Source: Candidatus Latescibacterota bacterium (GTDB taxonomy: Bacteria > Latescibacterota > UBA2968 > UBA8231). From it: 64,000 nucleotides of DNA. Where the stretch lies: the NCBI GenBank assembly GCA_965243025.1, contig CBDETY010000003.1:3232001-3296000 (forward strand), read 5' to 3'. The position numbers and the translations under genes are program-made. Positions 28,481 through 39,000 of the stretch are shown here, piece after piece (the stretch's first letter is position 1; each line of letters starts with the position of its first letter). The notes under the pieces are model-generated. The model saw only the letters and a list, made by a program, of their open reading frames with translations. It had not been told where the DNA came from and searched no databases.

Positions 28481-29311
28481 ATGCAGGACCTGCGCATCGC
28501 CGCGGTGCAGATGAACTGCCGCGTCGCCGAACACGAACGCAACCTGGCAACCATCGAGCGCTTCGCGGAAGAAGCCGCGGCGCAGAACGTCGACATCGCC
28601 TGCTTTCCCGAGCTGTGCGTGTGCGGGTACAACGCCGGCGACACCTCGACGCCCGAACCCGAGCCGCTCCAAGGGGAATCCCTCGGCAGGCTCGAAGAGA
28701 TCTCCCGCGGCTGCGGGATCACCCTGCTGGCCGGCATCCTCGAAAGGGACGCCAGCGGCATCGTCTACAACACCCAGGTCGTCTGCGGCCCCGAGGGGTA
28801 CGCCGGCCACTACCGCAAGACCCACGTCCCCGATCTCGAGATCGGCACCTGGCGCCACGGAGACGACCTTCCGGTGTTCGACCACCCGAAGGCCCGCTAC
28901 GGAATCGAGATCTGCTACGATTCCCACTTCCCGGAGCTGAGCGCGCTGCTGGCCGAGAAAGGGGCCGAGGTGATCTTCCTTCCCCACGCCTCGCCCCTGG
29001 AGACCCCCGCGGAGAAGCGTGCCCGCTGGATGCGCTACGTTCCCGCCCGCGCCTACGACAACAACGTCTTCGTCGCCATCTGCAATCACGTCGGCGACAA
29101 CGGGGCGGGCCGCACCTTCTCGGGGGTCACCTTCATCTGCGATCCCCTCGGCGCCGTCATCGCCGAGGTGAGCAGCGGCAGCGATGAGGAGATGATCGTC
29201 GCCGACCTCAGCGCCTCGGCCATCGATGAGAGCCGCAGGAACACGACGATGTTCTTCCGCCATTACCGCCGGCCCGAGATGTACCGGCGCTGGGAGGACG
29301 AAATCAGGTAG
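28481..29311 (+). CDS. Carbon-nitrogen hydrolase (nitrilase superfamily)
   Basis: Catalytic triad motifs FPEL, YRKTH, ICYDSHFPE. Confidence 0.92.
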   Translation: MQDLRIAAVQMNCRVAEHERNLATIERFAEEAAAQNVDIACFPELCVCGYNAGDTSTPEPEPLQGESLGRLEEISRGCGITLLAGILERDASGIVYNTQVVCGPEGYAGHYRKTHVPDLEIGTWRHGDDLPVFDHPKARYGIEICYDSHFPELSALLAEKGAEVIFLPHASPLETPAEKRARWMRYVPARAYDNNVFVAICNHVGDNGAGRTFSGVTFICDPLGAVIAEVSSGSDEEMIVADLSASAIDESRRNTTMFFRHYRRPEMYRRWEDEIR

Positions 29312-29340
29312 CGGAGGGCTGGTCCCCGGGCCCGCACAGG

Positions 29341-30540
29341 CTATGGTGAGAAGACTGCCCGGGTCAGCCGTTCCGTCAGGTCGTCCTCTACGGTACCGAT
29401 GTCGAAGGAACTCATCTCACTGCCATCCAGGACCTCGGAAATGCCGGGGGTTTCGGCAGTTGCCACCGCCTTGGCAGCGAACCCCGCTTGGTCGAGCAGC
29501 TCGTGGATCTTGTCGGCGCGGATACCGAACCCGAGGGCTGCCTGTGAGATGCGGGCAGGAGCTCCTCCCAGGGTGAGGACGACATTGGATATGCCGGCAT
29601 TGTTGACCGCCAGAACCTTCCCCGTCTCGTCGAAGATGGGGCTGCCGCTGGTGCCGCCCGACAGATCGAGGTTGTGCTGAACGACATAAGCATCGCGCGC
29701 GCTGTAGCGTTCGCCCTGAAACGGGGGACGCACGGCGCTGACAGTGCCGTCCTTGAATGTCGCGATGGGATAGAGGTGATCGAGATTCCCTCCCTGCAGT
29801 TCGCCGGGAAACCCCAGCGTCGCTACCCGTGAACCCACCTTCAACCGCAAAGCTTCCGATACCGTCGCCAGAGGAATCAACCGGGGCATCGACCCTTCCC
29901 GAACATGCAGCGCTCCTACATCCGGGGAGCTGAGATCGGCAGGGTCCCATAGCCCGTGTGTACTGTACTGGCTTATAAAGAAATAGTTCCACCTGGGTAC
30001 GAGAGAAGAAGTCAAGTTTTGCACGACAAGCCATTCGGCTGCCAGGTCAGTACCGAATCTCTCGTTGAAACCCTGGAATTGATCGTCCAGCTGGACAAGT
30101 GCGTCTATGATATGCCCGTTGGTAACTATAGTTTCCCTGGTTATCGCGAAGCCGGTTCCGACAAAGGTGAAAATAATGTCGTCCTCGGAAACGAACACGG
30201 CGTGAATCACGGCGTAGACGGAGCGCTGCATGCCGTTGACGACCTGGCTCCAGTCGCCGATCAGGCGCTCCAGTGCTTGGACGCGGTCCCGGAGTCTCTC
30301 GAACTCCGGGGGTGAGATATCCGTCTGGCCAAGCTTGGCCCTGATTTCATTCACTTCATCCGCATTGTCCGCGGTCACCGCGACCTGATCCAGCCGTTCC
30401 ATCAGGCTGTTTCGCTCCTCCTCCTGTTCTGCTTCGAGCTCGTCGATCCGCTGTTCCAGTTTCTCCACCCGTCCGGACAGGGGATCCTCGCTACAGGATC
30501 CCAAAACCATTGCCAGGATAAAAAGAGGGAGATAACGCAT
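29341..30540 (-). CDS. Lipoprotein with coiled coil and trypsin-like serine protease domain
   Basis: Lipobox LGSC, heptad-rich N-terminus, GTGF, VTNGH, PDVG, GGTSGSP. Confidence 0.85.
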   Translation of the reverse strand: MRYLPLFILAMVLGSCSEDPLSGRVEKLEQRIDELEAEQEEERNSLMERLDQVAVTADNADEVNEIRAKLGQTDISPPEFERLRDRVQALERLIGDWSQVVNGMQRSVYAVIHAVFVSEDDIIFTFVGTGFAITRETIVTNGHIIDALVQLDDQFQGFNERFGTDLAAEWLVVQNLTSSLVPRWNYFFISQYSTHGLWDPADLSSPDVGALHVREGSMPRLIPLATVSEALRLKVGSRVATLGFPGELQGGNLDHLYPIATFKDGTVSAVRPPFQGERYSARDAYVVQHNLDLSGGTSGSPIFDETGKVLAVNNAGISNVVLTLGGAPARISQAALGFGIRADKIHELLDQAGFAAKAVATAETPGISEVLDGSEMSSFDIGTVEDDLTERLTRAVFSP

Positions 30541-30679
30541 GATTCAGGCTCCTTTCTTTTATTGCCACCGATGAGTACAAGACACACTGTCATTGCGCCG
30601 GGTTCCCAACCCCAAGGGTCCCGCTGCAAGGAGGGATCCGGTACGGACAGGCTTATCTTCAAGGGAGGGAGACACCGGG

Positions 30680-31147
30680 ATGCAGCAGGAATTCATGGGC
30701 AGGGCCATAGAGCTTTCGCGGGTTCACATGAGAGCGGGGGAAGGCGGGCCGTTCGGCGCCGTCATCGTCAGGGGCGGTCGGATCGTCTCGGAGGGATACA
30801 ACGAGGTGATCGCCAGCAACGACCCCACCGCCCACGCGGAGATCATGGCGATCAGGAAGGCGGCCTCGAGGCTCGGCAGCTTCCACCTCGAGGGATGCGA
30901 GATCTACACCAGCTGCGAACCCTGCCCCATGTGCCTGGGCGCCATCTACTGGGCGAGGATCGAGAGGATCTATTTCGGGAATACCGCCGAAGACGCCAGG
31001 GAACTGGGCTTCGACGACGAGCTCATCTACCGGGAACTGCAACTGCCGGGGGCGGAACGCCGGATCCCCTCCCGGCAGTTGCTTCCCGGGCAGGCGGCGG
31101 CGGTCTTCCGGGAATGGCGGGATATGGAGGGGCACATCCCGTATTAG
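30680..31147 (+). CDS. guaD: Nucleoside/guanine deaminase (cytidine deaminase superfamily)
   Basis: GGPFGAVI, DPTAHAE, SCEPCPMCLGAIYWA, GFDDELIY and C-terminal Tyr. Confidence 0.85.
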   Translation: MQQEFMGRAIELSRVHMRAGEGGPFGAVIVRGGRIVSEGYNEVIASNDPTAHAEIMAIRKAASRLGSFHLEGCEIYTSCEPCPMCLGAIYWARIERIYFGNTAEDARELGFDDELIYRELQLPGAERRIPSRQLLPGQAAAVFREWRDMEGHIPY

Positions 31148-31175
31148 TGCCGCCCGAGCCCGAACCGTCCGGAAC

Positions 31176-31201
31176 CGTCCGCTTCAGCCTGGAAGCGGAC
31201 G
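31176..31201. terminator. Hairpin between convergent deaminase and permease genes
   Basis: cgtccgcttc-agcctg-gaagcggacg 10-bp stem, weak U-tract. Confidence 0.35.
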
Positions 31202-31328
31202 ATTTCAGAGGCGCAACTCCCAGAAGATGCCCCGGATCCCTTCGCCGATGAAATCTGGTGCCTGCGCGCGCAAATTCCGCGTAAATCCGGCGCCCCGCGT
31301 TCGTAACGCTTCTTGCCCGCTCAGATCC

Positions 31329-32615
31329 CTAGCTCACCGCGAACCGGATCGCGAACAGCACCGCCACCGTGACCACCGCCAGGTTGAGCTCGCGGCGGCG
31401 TCCCACCAGCAGTTTGATGACCGCGTACGAGATGAATCCGAGGCCGATACCGGTGGCTATCGAATAGGTGAAAGGCATCGCGATCGCGGTCACGATGGCG
31501 GGAACCCCCTCGGTCAGATCGTCCCATTCCACGTGCCGCAGCGCCCGCGCCATGACGCACCCGACGAAGATGATCGCCGGAGCGGTAGCGTATCCGGGGA
31601 TCGCGGTCGCCACCGGCGCGAACACCAGCGCCACCAGGAACAGTCCGGCCACGACCAGGGCGGTCAGTCCGGTGCGGCCGCCCGCCCGCACTCCGGCGGC
31701 GCTCTCGATATAGGACGTCGCCGTCGACGTGCCCGCCAGGGCCCCCAATATGGTGGCGGAGCTGTCGGCCACGAGGGCCCGGCGCAGCCCGGGAACGCGC
31801 CCGTCCCTGTCGGTCAGCCCCGCCTCGTTGAGCACGGCGACCAGGGTGCCGCTGGTGTCGAACAGGTCCACCATCAGAAAGGCGAACACGATGGCGAGCA
31901 GGCCGACCTCGAGCGCCGCGGCGATGTCCAGCTGAAACGCTGTCGGGGCCAGGGAAGGGGGCGTGGACACCACGGATTCGGGCGCCGGCGACAGCCCCCC
32001 GATCCAACCGGCCAGCGATGCCGCCAGAATGCAGATCACCACCGAGCCGGGCACTTTCCGGTGCTCGAGCGCGACGATTCCCATGAATCCGAGGGCGGCC
32101 AGCGCCACCGTCCACTGAATCAGGTCGCCCAGGCCGACCAGTGTCGCTTCGTTGGCCACCACCACCCCGGCGTTGCGGAGCCCGATGACGACGAGGAAGA
32201 ATCCGATTCCCGCGGCGATGGCCATCTTCTGCGAACGCGGGATGCTGTTGACGACCCACTCGCGCACCGGGAGCACCGACAGGACGAGCATCAGGACCCC
32301 GGAACAGAACACCGCTCCGAGCGCGGCCTGCCAGGGCAGGCCCAGCGTGCCCACCGCGACAGCGGCGAAGTAGGCGTTCAGCCCCATCCCCGGGGCCAGG
32401 GCGATCGGGTAGTTGGCGTACAGGCCCATGACCGCGGACCCGAAGGCCGCGGCGAGACAGGTCGCCACCAGCACCGCCCCGGGGTCCATCCCGGTGCCGG
32501 CCAGGATCAGCGGGTTCACGAAGATGATGTAGCACATGGTCAGGAACGTGGTGCATCCGGCAAGCAGCTCGGTGCGCACGTTCGAGCCCCGCTCCTGCAA
32601 CTGGAAACAGCCCAT
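31329..32615 (-). CDS. NCS2/AzgA-type purine permease
   Basis: AAAGGAG RBS, ELLAGCTTFLTM.YI..VNP, APGMGLNAYF, DLFDTSGTL, YIESAAGV..GGRTGL. Confidence 0.92.
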   Translation of the reverse strand: MGCFQLQERGSNVRTELLAGCTTFLTMCYIIFVNPLILAGTGMDPGAVLVATCLAAAFGSAVMGLYANYPIALAPGMGLNAYFAAVAVGTLGLPWQAALGAVFCSGVLMLVLSVLPVREWVVNSIPRSQKMAIAAGIGFFLVVIGLRNAGVVVANEATLVGLGDLIQWTVALAALGFMGIVALEHRKVPGSVVICILAASLAGWIGGLSPAPESVVSTPPSLAPTAFQLDIAAALEVGLLAIVFAFLMVDLFDTSGTLVAVLNEAGLTDRDGRVPGLRRALVADSSATILGALAGTSTATSYIESAAGVRAGGRTGLTALVVAGLFLVALVFAPVATAIPGYATAPAIIFVGCVMARALRHVEWDDLTEGVPAIVTAIAMPFTYSIATGIGLGFISYAVIKLLVGRRRELNLAVVTVAVLFAIRFAVS

Positions 32616-32850
32616 CGGGAACTTCGCTCCTTTCAGAATCGGGGATCCTTTGCCCGCGGTCCGCAGGGGTCGGGCACCGGCCGGGCGTTCAATCGCGTTC
32701 CCCGAGCAGGCCGCCCCTGCGCGGCCGTACCCGTTCGGGGGATCCCCCCTCAGTCGGCCGGCCCCGGTTTCGGCCAACGGGAACCGGAGGGTACAGGCAG
32801 GGCTCCCGGCAGCGCAAACAGGTGGCCGGCTCCGGGAACCGCGCGGGAAG

Positions 32851-33657
32851 TTACCCCTCCCGAACCCGCTCCACTCCCAGTTCCTCCAGCCGCGCCGCCA
32901 TCTTCTCCCGCCCCGCAGCTCCCTTTCGCAGCATCTCCCTGCTGTAAACGAACGGCTGGTCCTCGCTCAAATGCTCTTCAACCTTCGCGCGAAGATCCCT
33001 GACCGCAAGCAGGTCGTCCCGGGGGTCGGGCATGTAGCCGATGAACAGGGTCCGCCGCGGACGGCCGTCCCTGCGCCTGAAGGCGGAGTGCCACAGGCGG
33101 TTGTCCCACAACACCACGTCTCCGGGCCGCGTCCGCAGGGAAACCGCCCCGGGAATGGAATGGGGATCGAGGCGCAGGCGGGGCCTTCCCCTGTCCCAGC
33201 AACCGCAGGAGCGGAACAGGGCCGCGGAGAACTCCGGATAGTGGCTGCCGGGAACCACGTTCAGCGAGCCGAGGTCCCTGTCCTGCTCGTCGAGGTACAG
33301 GGCGGTCTTCAGCGTAACCGCCTGCCGCCCGGGCTGACCGTCGGTGTGCCAGGGGGTGTCGTCCCGGTTCGCCCACATGTCGCTGGCGGCGGTGTACAGG
33401 CACTCCGTCCCCCAGATGTCGCGCATGGCCTCCATCACGCCGGGATGCTCGATCAACCTGTCAAAGGCATCGTCGGCCTGGACGAACGGGCTGAGCATGC
33501 GGGTACCGTTCCGGGCGAAATAGTCGTAGGCCGGTGCCCTGGCAATGACCCGGTCGTGCGCCTTCTGGAGGTCCTTTACCTCGGTTTCGCCGAGGCAGCT
33601 CCTCAGAACGATGAACCCGAACGTCCTGAACTGCCCTGCTTCCAGATCGGACAGCAT
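32851..33657 (-). CDS. PhyH-family dioxygenase
   Basis: FGFIVL, WHTD, LNVVPGSH, PGDVVLWD.RLWHSA. Confidence 0.88.
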   Translation of the reverse strand: MLSDLEAGQFRTFGFIVLRSCLGETEVKDLQKAHDRVIARAPAYDYFARNGTRMLSPFVQADDAFDRLIEHPGVMEAMRDIWGTECLYTAASDMWANRDDTPWHTDGQPGRQAVTLKTALYLDEQDRDLGSLNVVPGSHYPEFSAALFRSCGCWDRGRPRLRLDPHSIPGAVSLRTRPGDVVLWDNRLWHSAFRRRDGRPRRTLFIGYMPDPRDDLLAVRDLRAKVEEHLSEDQPFVYSREMLRKGAAGREKMAARLEELGVERVREG

Positions 33658-33746
33658 CGCGATGTCTCCTCTTTCTCCATTGCCCATACCTGTTTTGCTT
33701 TACGGTTCCCCGGATACTGTAAACACTGAAAACAAAAGGAATCGAA

Positions 33747-34229
33747 ATGAAACTCGGCGTCATGTCCGACAGCCACGACAACGTCCCGAACGTCGAACGG
33801 GCTGTCGCGCTCTTCAACGAAACCGGGACCGACCTGGTGGTCCATGCAGGCGATTTCATCGCCCCCTTCGCCGTAGACCCGTTGTCCGGCCTCGACTGCC
33901 GGGTCGTCGGAGTCTTCGGGAACAACGACGGCGAACGGATCGGGCTGGCGAAGCGGTTCGAAGCCATCGGGGAGGTCCATCCCAACCTCGCGAGCGTATC
34001 GGTCGGCGACAGGAACATCGCGGTCATGCACTACCCGGAGCTCGCCATCCCGATAGCTGAAAGCGGGGAATTCGACCTCGTCGTTTACGGACACACCCAC
34101 GAGATCGACGTCCGCAAGGGCAGATCCCTTCTGCTGAACCCCGGGGAAACCGGGGGTTGGACCACGGGGAAATCGACGGTTTCCATCGTGGATCTGGAGA
34201 CCCTCGAAGCAACCATTCACGATCTGTAA
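33747..34229 (+). CDS. YfcE/MJ0936-family metallophosphoesterase
   Basis: SDSH, HAGD, GNND, YGHTH, LNPG. Confidence 0.92.
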   Translation: MKLGVMSDSHDNVPNVERAVALFNETGTDLVVHAGDFIAPFAVDPLSGLDCRVVGVFGNNDGERIGLAKRFEAIGEVHPNLASVSVGDRNIAVMHYPELAIPIAESGEFDLVVYGHTHEIDVRKGRSLLLNPGETGGWTTGKSTVSIVDLETLEATIHDL

Positions 34230-34237
34230 AGGGAGCC

Positions 34238-34588
34238 ATGACACGACGAATCGAGTGGCGCTACCACCGCCCCGGCTGAACGAGTTGCAAGCGGGCGCAA
34301 GAGTTCCTTGCGCAGGGAAGGTTCGAAGAAGGGCAAGTCCGCAGCGCGTCGCAGGATCCCGTGGAGGGAGAAGCCGCCCTGGCTCTTCTCGAAGGGGTGC
34401 GGGAGCTGCTCGTCGCCAGGGGCCGGAAGGTGCTCCCCTTCGACCTGGAGAAGGACCGTCCCTCCGGCGGCGAACTGCTCGAGTTGCTCCTCGGCCGCTC
34501 CGGGAAGCTGCGGGCGCCGACGATCCGCAGCGGCCCCCGGCTGCTGGTCGGGTACAACGAGGAGCTGATGGCGGCCCTTCAGCTCTGA
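34238..34588 (+). CDS. ArsC/Spx-like thioredoxin-fold selenoprotein (UxxC), 116 aa with TGA read as Sec
   Basis: GGGAG RBS and ATG 34238 give MTRRIEWRYHRPG-TGA(34277)-TSCKRAQEFL, in frame with track ORF 34361..34588 containing GKLRAPTI..LLVGYNEE. Confidence 0.85.
34295..34313 (+). promoter_or_regulatory. Candidate bacterial SECIS hairpin
   Basis: gcgcaag-agttc-cttgcgc perfect 7-bp stem starting 15 nt after the TGA, with G early in the apical loop. Confidence 0.65.
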
Positions 34589-35580
34589 AGGGCCAGCACC
34601 TCCTCCCAGAAGCGGCGCTCCACCGGCACGCCCTGCCGCAGGGCCTTGCGCCGCCGCTCGGCGCTGCGCTGCCCCGGGTAAACGACCCGCTCTCCGGGCA
34701 GGGAAGCGGCCGAGGCCAGGTCGGCCAGCGACTCCTGCACCGCCTGCTGCACTCGTTCCGGGTCTCCGACCCGTGCCAGATCGATGGCAAGAAACAGCTG
34801 CGACACCCCTTCTTCCCTCGACTCCTTCGAGATTTCCGCGGTGGTCCGCCCACCAGAGACCAGCGCGGCCACCAGGTCCAGGCACAGGGCCAGGCCGCTG
34901 CCCTTCCAGAGGCCGACCGGCAGGGGGTTCTCCAGGGCGGCTGCATCCGTGGTCAGCCTGCCCCCGGCGTCGTACCCGCCCGGCACCGGCAGGGGCTCGC
35001 CGCTGCGCTCGTGGATCTGGGCGCGCCCCCCGGAGAACTGGCTCACCGCCATGTCGAGGAGCACGGGGTCGCCGCCGGGGACCGGGACCGCCATCACCAG
35101 GGGGTTGTTCCCGAGGCGTTTCTCCGCGGAGCCGTGGGGGGGCATCAGGCGCGTCGTGTTCGTCCAGCAGATGCCGATGCAGCCGGCCGCGGCCGCCCGC
35201 AGGCCGTAGGTGCCGGCCCGCATCCAGTGGCCGGTGTTGCGCAGGGCCACGGCGCCGACCGCGTGCTCGCGGGCCAGCTCGACGGCCCGGTCCATGCAGG
35301 CGAGGGCGTTGAGGATGCCGGGGCCGCGGTGCCCTTCCCACTGCTCCAGCGCTCCGAGGGCGGCCGCTCGTTCCGCCCGGGCCGACGGGTCGATCAGCCC
35401 CTCGCGCACGTCCCGGACGAACCCGGGGAAGCGGTTGATCCCGTGGGAGGTCACGCCGTCGCAGGTGTTGTCGGCGAACACCCGGGCCAGGGTTGCCGCG
35501 TCCTCCTCGTCGAACCCGGAGGCGGACAGGGCCCGCAGGAACTCGGCGCGCATCCGCTCATACGGAACCCGGCAGGTCAT
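34579..35580 (-). CDS. dlgD: 3-dehydro-L-gulonate 2-dehydrogenase (Ldh_2 family)
   Basis: DGVTSHGINRFP, LRNTGHWMRAGTYG, ICWTNT, GNNP, DMAVSQFS, GLWKGSGL. Confidence 0.85.
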   Translation of the reverse strand: MTCRVPYERMRAEFLRALSASGFDEEDAATLARVFADNTCDGVTSHGINRFPGFVRDVREGLIDPSARAERAAALGALEQWEGHRGPGILNALACMDRAVELAREHAVGAVALRNTGHWMRAGTYGLRAAAAGCIGICWTNTTRLMPPHGSAEKRLGNNPLVMAVPVPGGDPVLLDMAVSQFSGGRAQIHERSGEPLPVPGGYDAGGRLTTDAAALENPLPVGLWKGSGLALCLDLVAALVSGGRTTAEISKESREEGVSQLFLAIDLARVGDPERVQQAVQESLADLASAASLPGERVVYPGQRSAERRRKALRQGVPVERRFWEEVLALQS

Positions 35581-36025
35581 GGGGCTCTTCCGGCCGCATT
35601 GGCGTGGAGCAGGCGGCGTAAGGCGAGACCGCTTCTGCTTCGGCCCGCAACTTCTCGATTCTTCATGACGTCTCCCGTTATTCCGTTTCTTTCATCGCTT
35701 TGAAGCGCTGGAGCCTGGACAGGTGCGAAGGGTGGTCGAATCTGCGCCCGCACGGGAGCGAAGTGTCTCCGGGTCCGACTCTTCATCTGGAAATCCACCG
35801 GGATAATCCGGCCTTTTCGGATCTTCGGCAAAGGGGAACAGCTTAAATCCCGTGCAGGCGGGCCGAACACCGATTTGCCCTCCATTTCGCGGCGTCGTCG
35901 CCTTTTCCCATGCAGGTGACTCCCCTACACTAACCCCTTGACCCATGGGTTTTCCCGTGGCACAGGCGGGGTAATCCCAGGAACCCGCAGCTGGATCTTC
36001 CGGGGTAGCCGAAGAGTTGGTGGCC

Positions 36026-39000
36026 ATGAACCATAGGAGCCGGATAGCGCTGTTGGCGGCCGGAGGCCTTTGCGGCCTGCTGATCGGTGTCGGCGCCGCG
36101 GCGGCGTCCGGGCCGCAGGTAGAGGGCTGGGTGCGGCTCGCCTCCGGGCAGGCCGCTGCCGGGGTGCAGGTGCGGCTCTACGATCTGGCCGATCCGACCC
36201 GTTCCCTCGGCGCCGCCACGGACGAGGCGGGCTACTTCTCTCTTGCCGCCCCGCACCAGGCCTGGGAAACAGGTGCCCTGCCCCGGCGCTTCGAGCTGTT
36301 CCAGAATTACCCCAATCCGTTCAACCCCTCAACCACCATCCCCTACCAGTTGCCGGCGCCGGCTCGCGTGCGCCTCGAGGTCTTCAACCTCCTCGGGCAG
36401 CGCGTCGCCACCCTGGTGGACGAGGAACAGCAGGCCGGCCTGCACACCGCGGCCTGGAACGGCACCGATTCTGCTGGCCGCCCCGTGGCCGCGGGGGTCT
36501 ACCTCTACCGTCTCAGGGGAGGCGCAACCAGCGGCACCCGGCGGATGGTGCTCCTCGATGGCCCCGCGGCTGTTTCGGGAGGTGCCACAGCCTCCGGGAT
36601 TCCGGCCGGACAGGAGGCGCCCGCGCCGGTATACGGGCTGACCGTCTCGGGCCCCGGCGTGGCCACGCACGTCGACCCGGACTTTCGGGCCGGCCCCTGG
36701 CCGGTGGAGATCACGGTCGAGGCGCGAGCCGGCACTCCAGGCACGGCGGCGATGAAGGCGGCCGCCAATGGGACCAGGATCCTGGGGGATGTCGACGCCA
36801 ACGGCCGCGTCGACCTCCTCGACGCGATCCTGGTGGCGCTGTACAGCATCGATCCGACGACCACCCTCCCGAACGACGGGGACATCACCCTGGGGGACGT
36901 AAACCGGGACGGGCGCATCGACGTCGCCGACGTCTACCTCATCGCCACCTACAGCGTCGACCCGGCAAACCCGTCGCTCCCTCCAGGGATCGGGGAACCC
37001 CTGGTCCCTGTCGTTGAGGGGAAGATGTACTGGGTGGACTGGGGTTCTGCAAAGATCCAGCGGGCAAACCTCGACGGGTCCCAGGTCGAAGACCTGGTCA
37101 CCACCGGGTTGGAGGAGCCGACGGACCTCGCCCTGGACCTGGCCGGTGGCAAGATGTACTGGTCGGACCGGCTGACCAACAAGATCCAGCGCGCCAACCT
37201 CGACGGGTCCCAGGTCGAGGACCTCGTTACCGAGGTATACGGCGATGTATGGAGCTTTGCCTTGGACGTGGACGGGGGCAAGATGTACTGGGCGAAGGCG
37301 ATTGCGGAGCCAAAGATTCAGCGCGCCAACCTCGACGGGTCCCAGGTCGAAGATCTCGTTACTGTCGGATTGTTTCAGGTAGCGGGTCTGGCCCTGGACG
37401 TGGCCGGGGGAAAGATGTACTGGACGGACCACGGAACGAACAAGATCCAGAGGGCCAACCTCGACGGCTCACGGGTGGAAGTCCTTTTAGCCACCGGATT
37501 GCCAGGTGCGTGGGGACTCAACCTGGACTTTGCGGGAGGGAAGATGTACTGGGTCGACTGGCTCGCAAACCAGATTGCGCGGGCCAACCTCGACGGGTCC
37601 CAGGTCGAGGTTCTTCTTCTCAGGGGCCGGACAACTCCGGGAAGTCTCGTCCTTGTGATTCCCGAGGGGAAGATGTACTGGACCGAAAGGGAAGGGATCC
37701 TTCGTGCGAACCTCGACGGGTCCCAGGTCGAAGAGCTGCTCACAAGCGGATTGGACGCCCCGCGGGGTCTGGCCTTGGACCTCGCCGGTCTCCCGGAGAT
37801 CACCCTGGATCGTCCGCCTGTGCTGGACCTTGTCGGCAGTCAGAGTCTCGAAGAGGGGGAAACCCTGCGTATCGACCTGGCCGCCCGGGACCCGGAGGGA
37901 ACCGAGGTCACATTCGAGGTGCTGTTGGACGACCCCGGGATAGCGACGGTGAGCCTTTCCGGCAACCAGCTGACGATCAGTCCGATAGCGCCGGGGGGGG
38001 CCACGGGAACCTTAACGGCGAGCGATGCCGGCGGGGTCTTCACCACGCAGAACTTTTCGCTGAAAGTGACGGAACCAATTCCCGAGAGCCGGGGCAGGAT
38101 GTACTGGGCGGACGCTGGAACCAACAAGATCCAACGGGCGAGCCTGGACGGCTCCCGGATCGAGGACCTCGTCACCACCAGGTTGGAAAATCCGGCCGCC
38201 CTGGCTCTGGATATTTCCGGGGGCAAGATGTACTGGACTGACACGGGGACGGACAAGATCCAGCGGTCCAATCTGGACGGCTCCCAGGTTGAAGATCTCG
38301 TCACAACCGGGTTGGCCTCCCCAAACGGACTGGCCCTGGACATCGCCGAAGGCATGATGTACTGGACGGACGCCGGCCGTTCTCGAATCATGCGGGCGAA
38401 CCTGGACGGTTCCGGCATCCAGCGCCTCGACAACAGGGAGGTGTGGGGTATCGGCCTGGATCTCACCGAAGGGAAATTGTACTGGACGGACACAGAAAGA
38501 TCTAACATCGGGCGGTCCAACCTCAATGGCTCCAATTCCCGAATTCTCGTTTCCCGGGGCTTGAACAATCCCCGGAGTCTGGCCCTGGACCTGGCGAGGG
38601 GAAAGGTGTACTGGGGAGACAGGGGCACTATCAGGATTCAGCGGGCAAACCTCGGCGGTTCCCCGGCCGAAGACGTAGTAGTCTCCGGGTTGGGGAGCCC
38701 GGGAACAGGTCTGGCCATCGATTCGCGGGAAGGAAAGATGTACTGGACAGACCTGGGCACGAAAAAAATCCAGCGGGCAAACCTCGACGGCACACGGGTC
38801 GAGGACCTCGTCACCGGGTTGAGCGAACCCCAGGGCCTCGCCCTGGAAATCGTCGTCCCGGAAGTCCCGGACCTGGTAGCCGAGACCCCTTCCGTGAATC
38901 CCCCCAACCCGGCTCCCGGACAATACTTCACCCTTTCCGTCGCGCTCCACAACCGCGGCGAATCCCCGGCGCCGGCGACGACTCTGCGCTACTACCGGTC

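Noticed and set aside
35820-36015. c-di-GMP-I riboswitch-like words (ggcaaa, cggggtagccg)
   Set aside because: The GAAA tetraloop and GACGCAAA core are not found in the right arrangement.
37020-38850. Regularly spaced near-identical DNA repeats resembling a CRISPR array
   Set aside because: They are in-frame YWTD protein repeats with a period of about 130 bp, variation is concentrated at third codon positions, and there are no cas genes.
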